64,000 bases of DNA from a virus. Its lineage: Duplodnaviria > Caudoviricetes. Below, one piece after another: positions 63,593 to 64,000 of this stretch; the first letter of the stretch is position 1; each line of letters starts with the position of its first letter. The translations under genes were made by a program, and so were the position numbers. Location of the stretch: the IMG/VR virus record IMGVR_UViG_3300020420_000671. One strand, given 5' to 3'. The notes under the pieces were generated by a model, which saw only the letters and a list, made by a program, of their open reading frames with translations, did not search any database and was not told the origin of the DNA.

Positions 63593-64000
63593 ATGTATGA
63601 TGTGAACAAATGGAAAGAATTATATACGCCACATACTGATTATGAAAAAAGTCAGCATAGTGTGATAAGTTTACCTGAAAAGTATAACGTAAATTTACAA
63701 GAAATAGATAAAGGAATAGAATCAGTCCTGAATAATTTTGAGATGGTTGCTTATACTGTAGATACTCCTGTAGGAAAAGTCCAAGTTCCGGGATATTATG
63801 GACTTTGTTTTAAAACAAAATCAAAAACTGTTGATCCTTTAGGTGAAGGCTTGACTAGTAATATACATTCCCATTCAAACATGGACAGTCCTGTAGACAT
63901 AGAATATACAGAAAAAAGTCCTGCTTGGTTTCCATATTTAGATGAAATTGTTGATAAATTTCAAGGACAAGTGACACAGATAAGACTAATAAAATTAGAA
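63593..64000 (+). CDS. Hypothetical protein (possibly oxygenase-like); 3'-truncated by window edge
   Basis: Frame open from ATG 63593 to the window end; ATG begins 6 nt after TATAAATA. Confidence 0.6.
   Translation, partial: MYDVNKWKELYTPHTDYEKSQHSVISLPEKYNVNLQEIDKGIESVLNNFEMVAYTVDTPVGKVQVPGYYGLCFKTKSKTVDPLGEGLTSNIHSHSNMDSPVDIEYTEKSPAWFPYLDEIVDKFQGQVTQIRLIKLE

Noticed and set aside
1-64000. CRISPR arrays, tRNA or rRNA genes
   Set aside because: No regularly spaced repeats or cloverleaf-sized non-coding gaps were seen; intergenic regions are short and explained by promoters. A tRNAscan run would be the definitive check.
1-64000. Stop-codon reassignment as seen in some large phages
   Set aside because: TAA, TAG and TGA all end genes cleanly, and conserved enzymes are full length in the standard code.

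Overview
This is a 64-kb, AT-rich (roughly one-third GC by eye), gene-dense segment of a large T4-like dsDNA phage using the standard genetic code. The host is Gram-negative, probably an aquatic proteobacterium, judging from the spanin pair and the FdxA-type ferredoxin. The window holds the end of a structural module and replication genes (PolB, clamp, clamp loader, RNase H, ThyX, a truncated DnaE piece). It also holds chaperones (GroES, parvulin, DnaJ, ClpA), a GH19 endolysin/spanin lysis cassette, a MoxR-VWA pair, a tail-fibre-like gene and a late-expressed tailoring-enzyme island. Two systems stand out. (1) A ~10-kb array (22.1-32.6 kb, plus 16.6 kb) of proteins that all begin with a T4-style capsid-targeting leader ending in Glu. 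It includes a 1306-aa polyprotein whose Glu-ended linkers separate a HAD nucleotidase, a ParB-like domain, an internal twin-arginine signal and a Sec-like signal, plus a library of two-Cys cationic micro-domains. I infer this is a protease-processed cargo set packaged in the head and injected into the host. (2) A 7-deazaguanine DNA-modification cluster (TGT/DpdA-like, QueD-like, FolE, QueE; no QueC in the window) interleaved with nucleotide-sugar enzymes, a glycosyltransferase, a PRTase, a cupin, a 2OG oxygenase and a HIT protein, hinting at an undescribed hypermodified base. All family assignments come from motif recognition by eye; no database searches were run.
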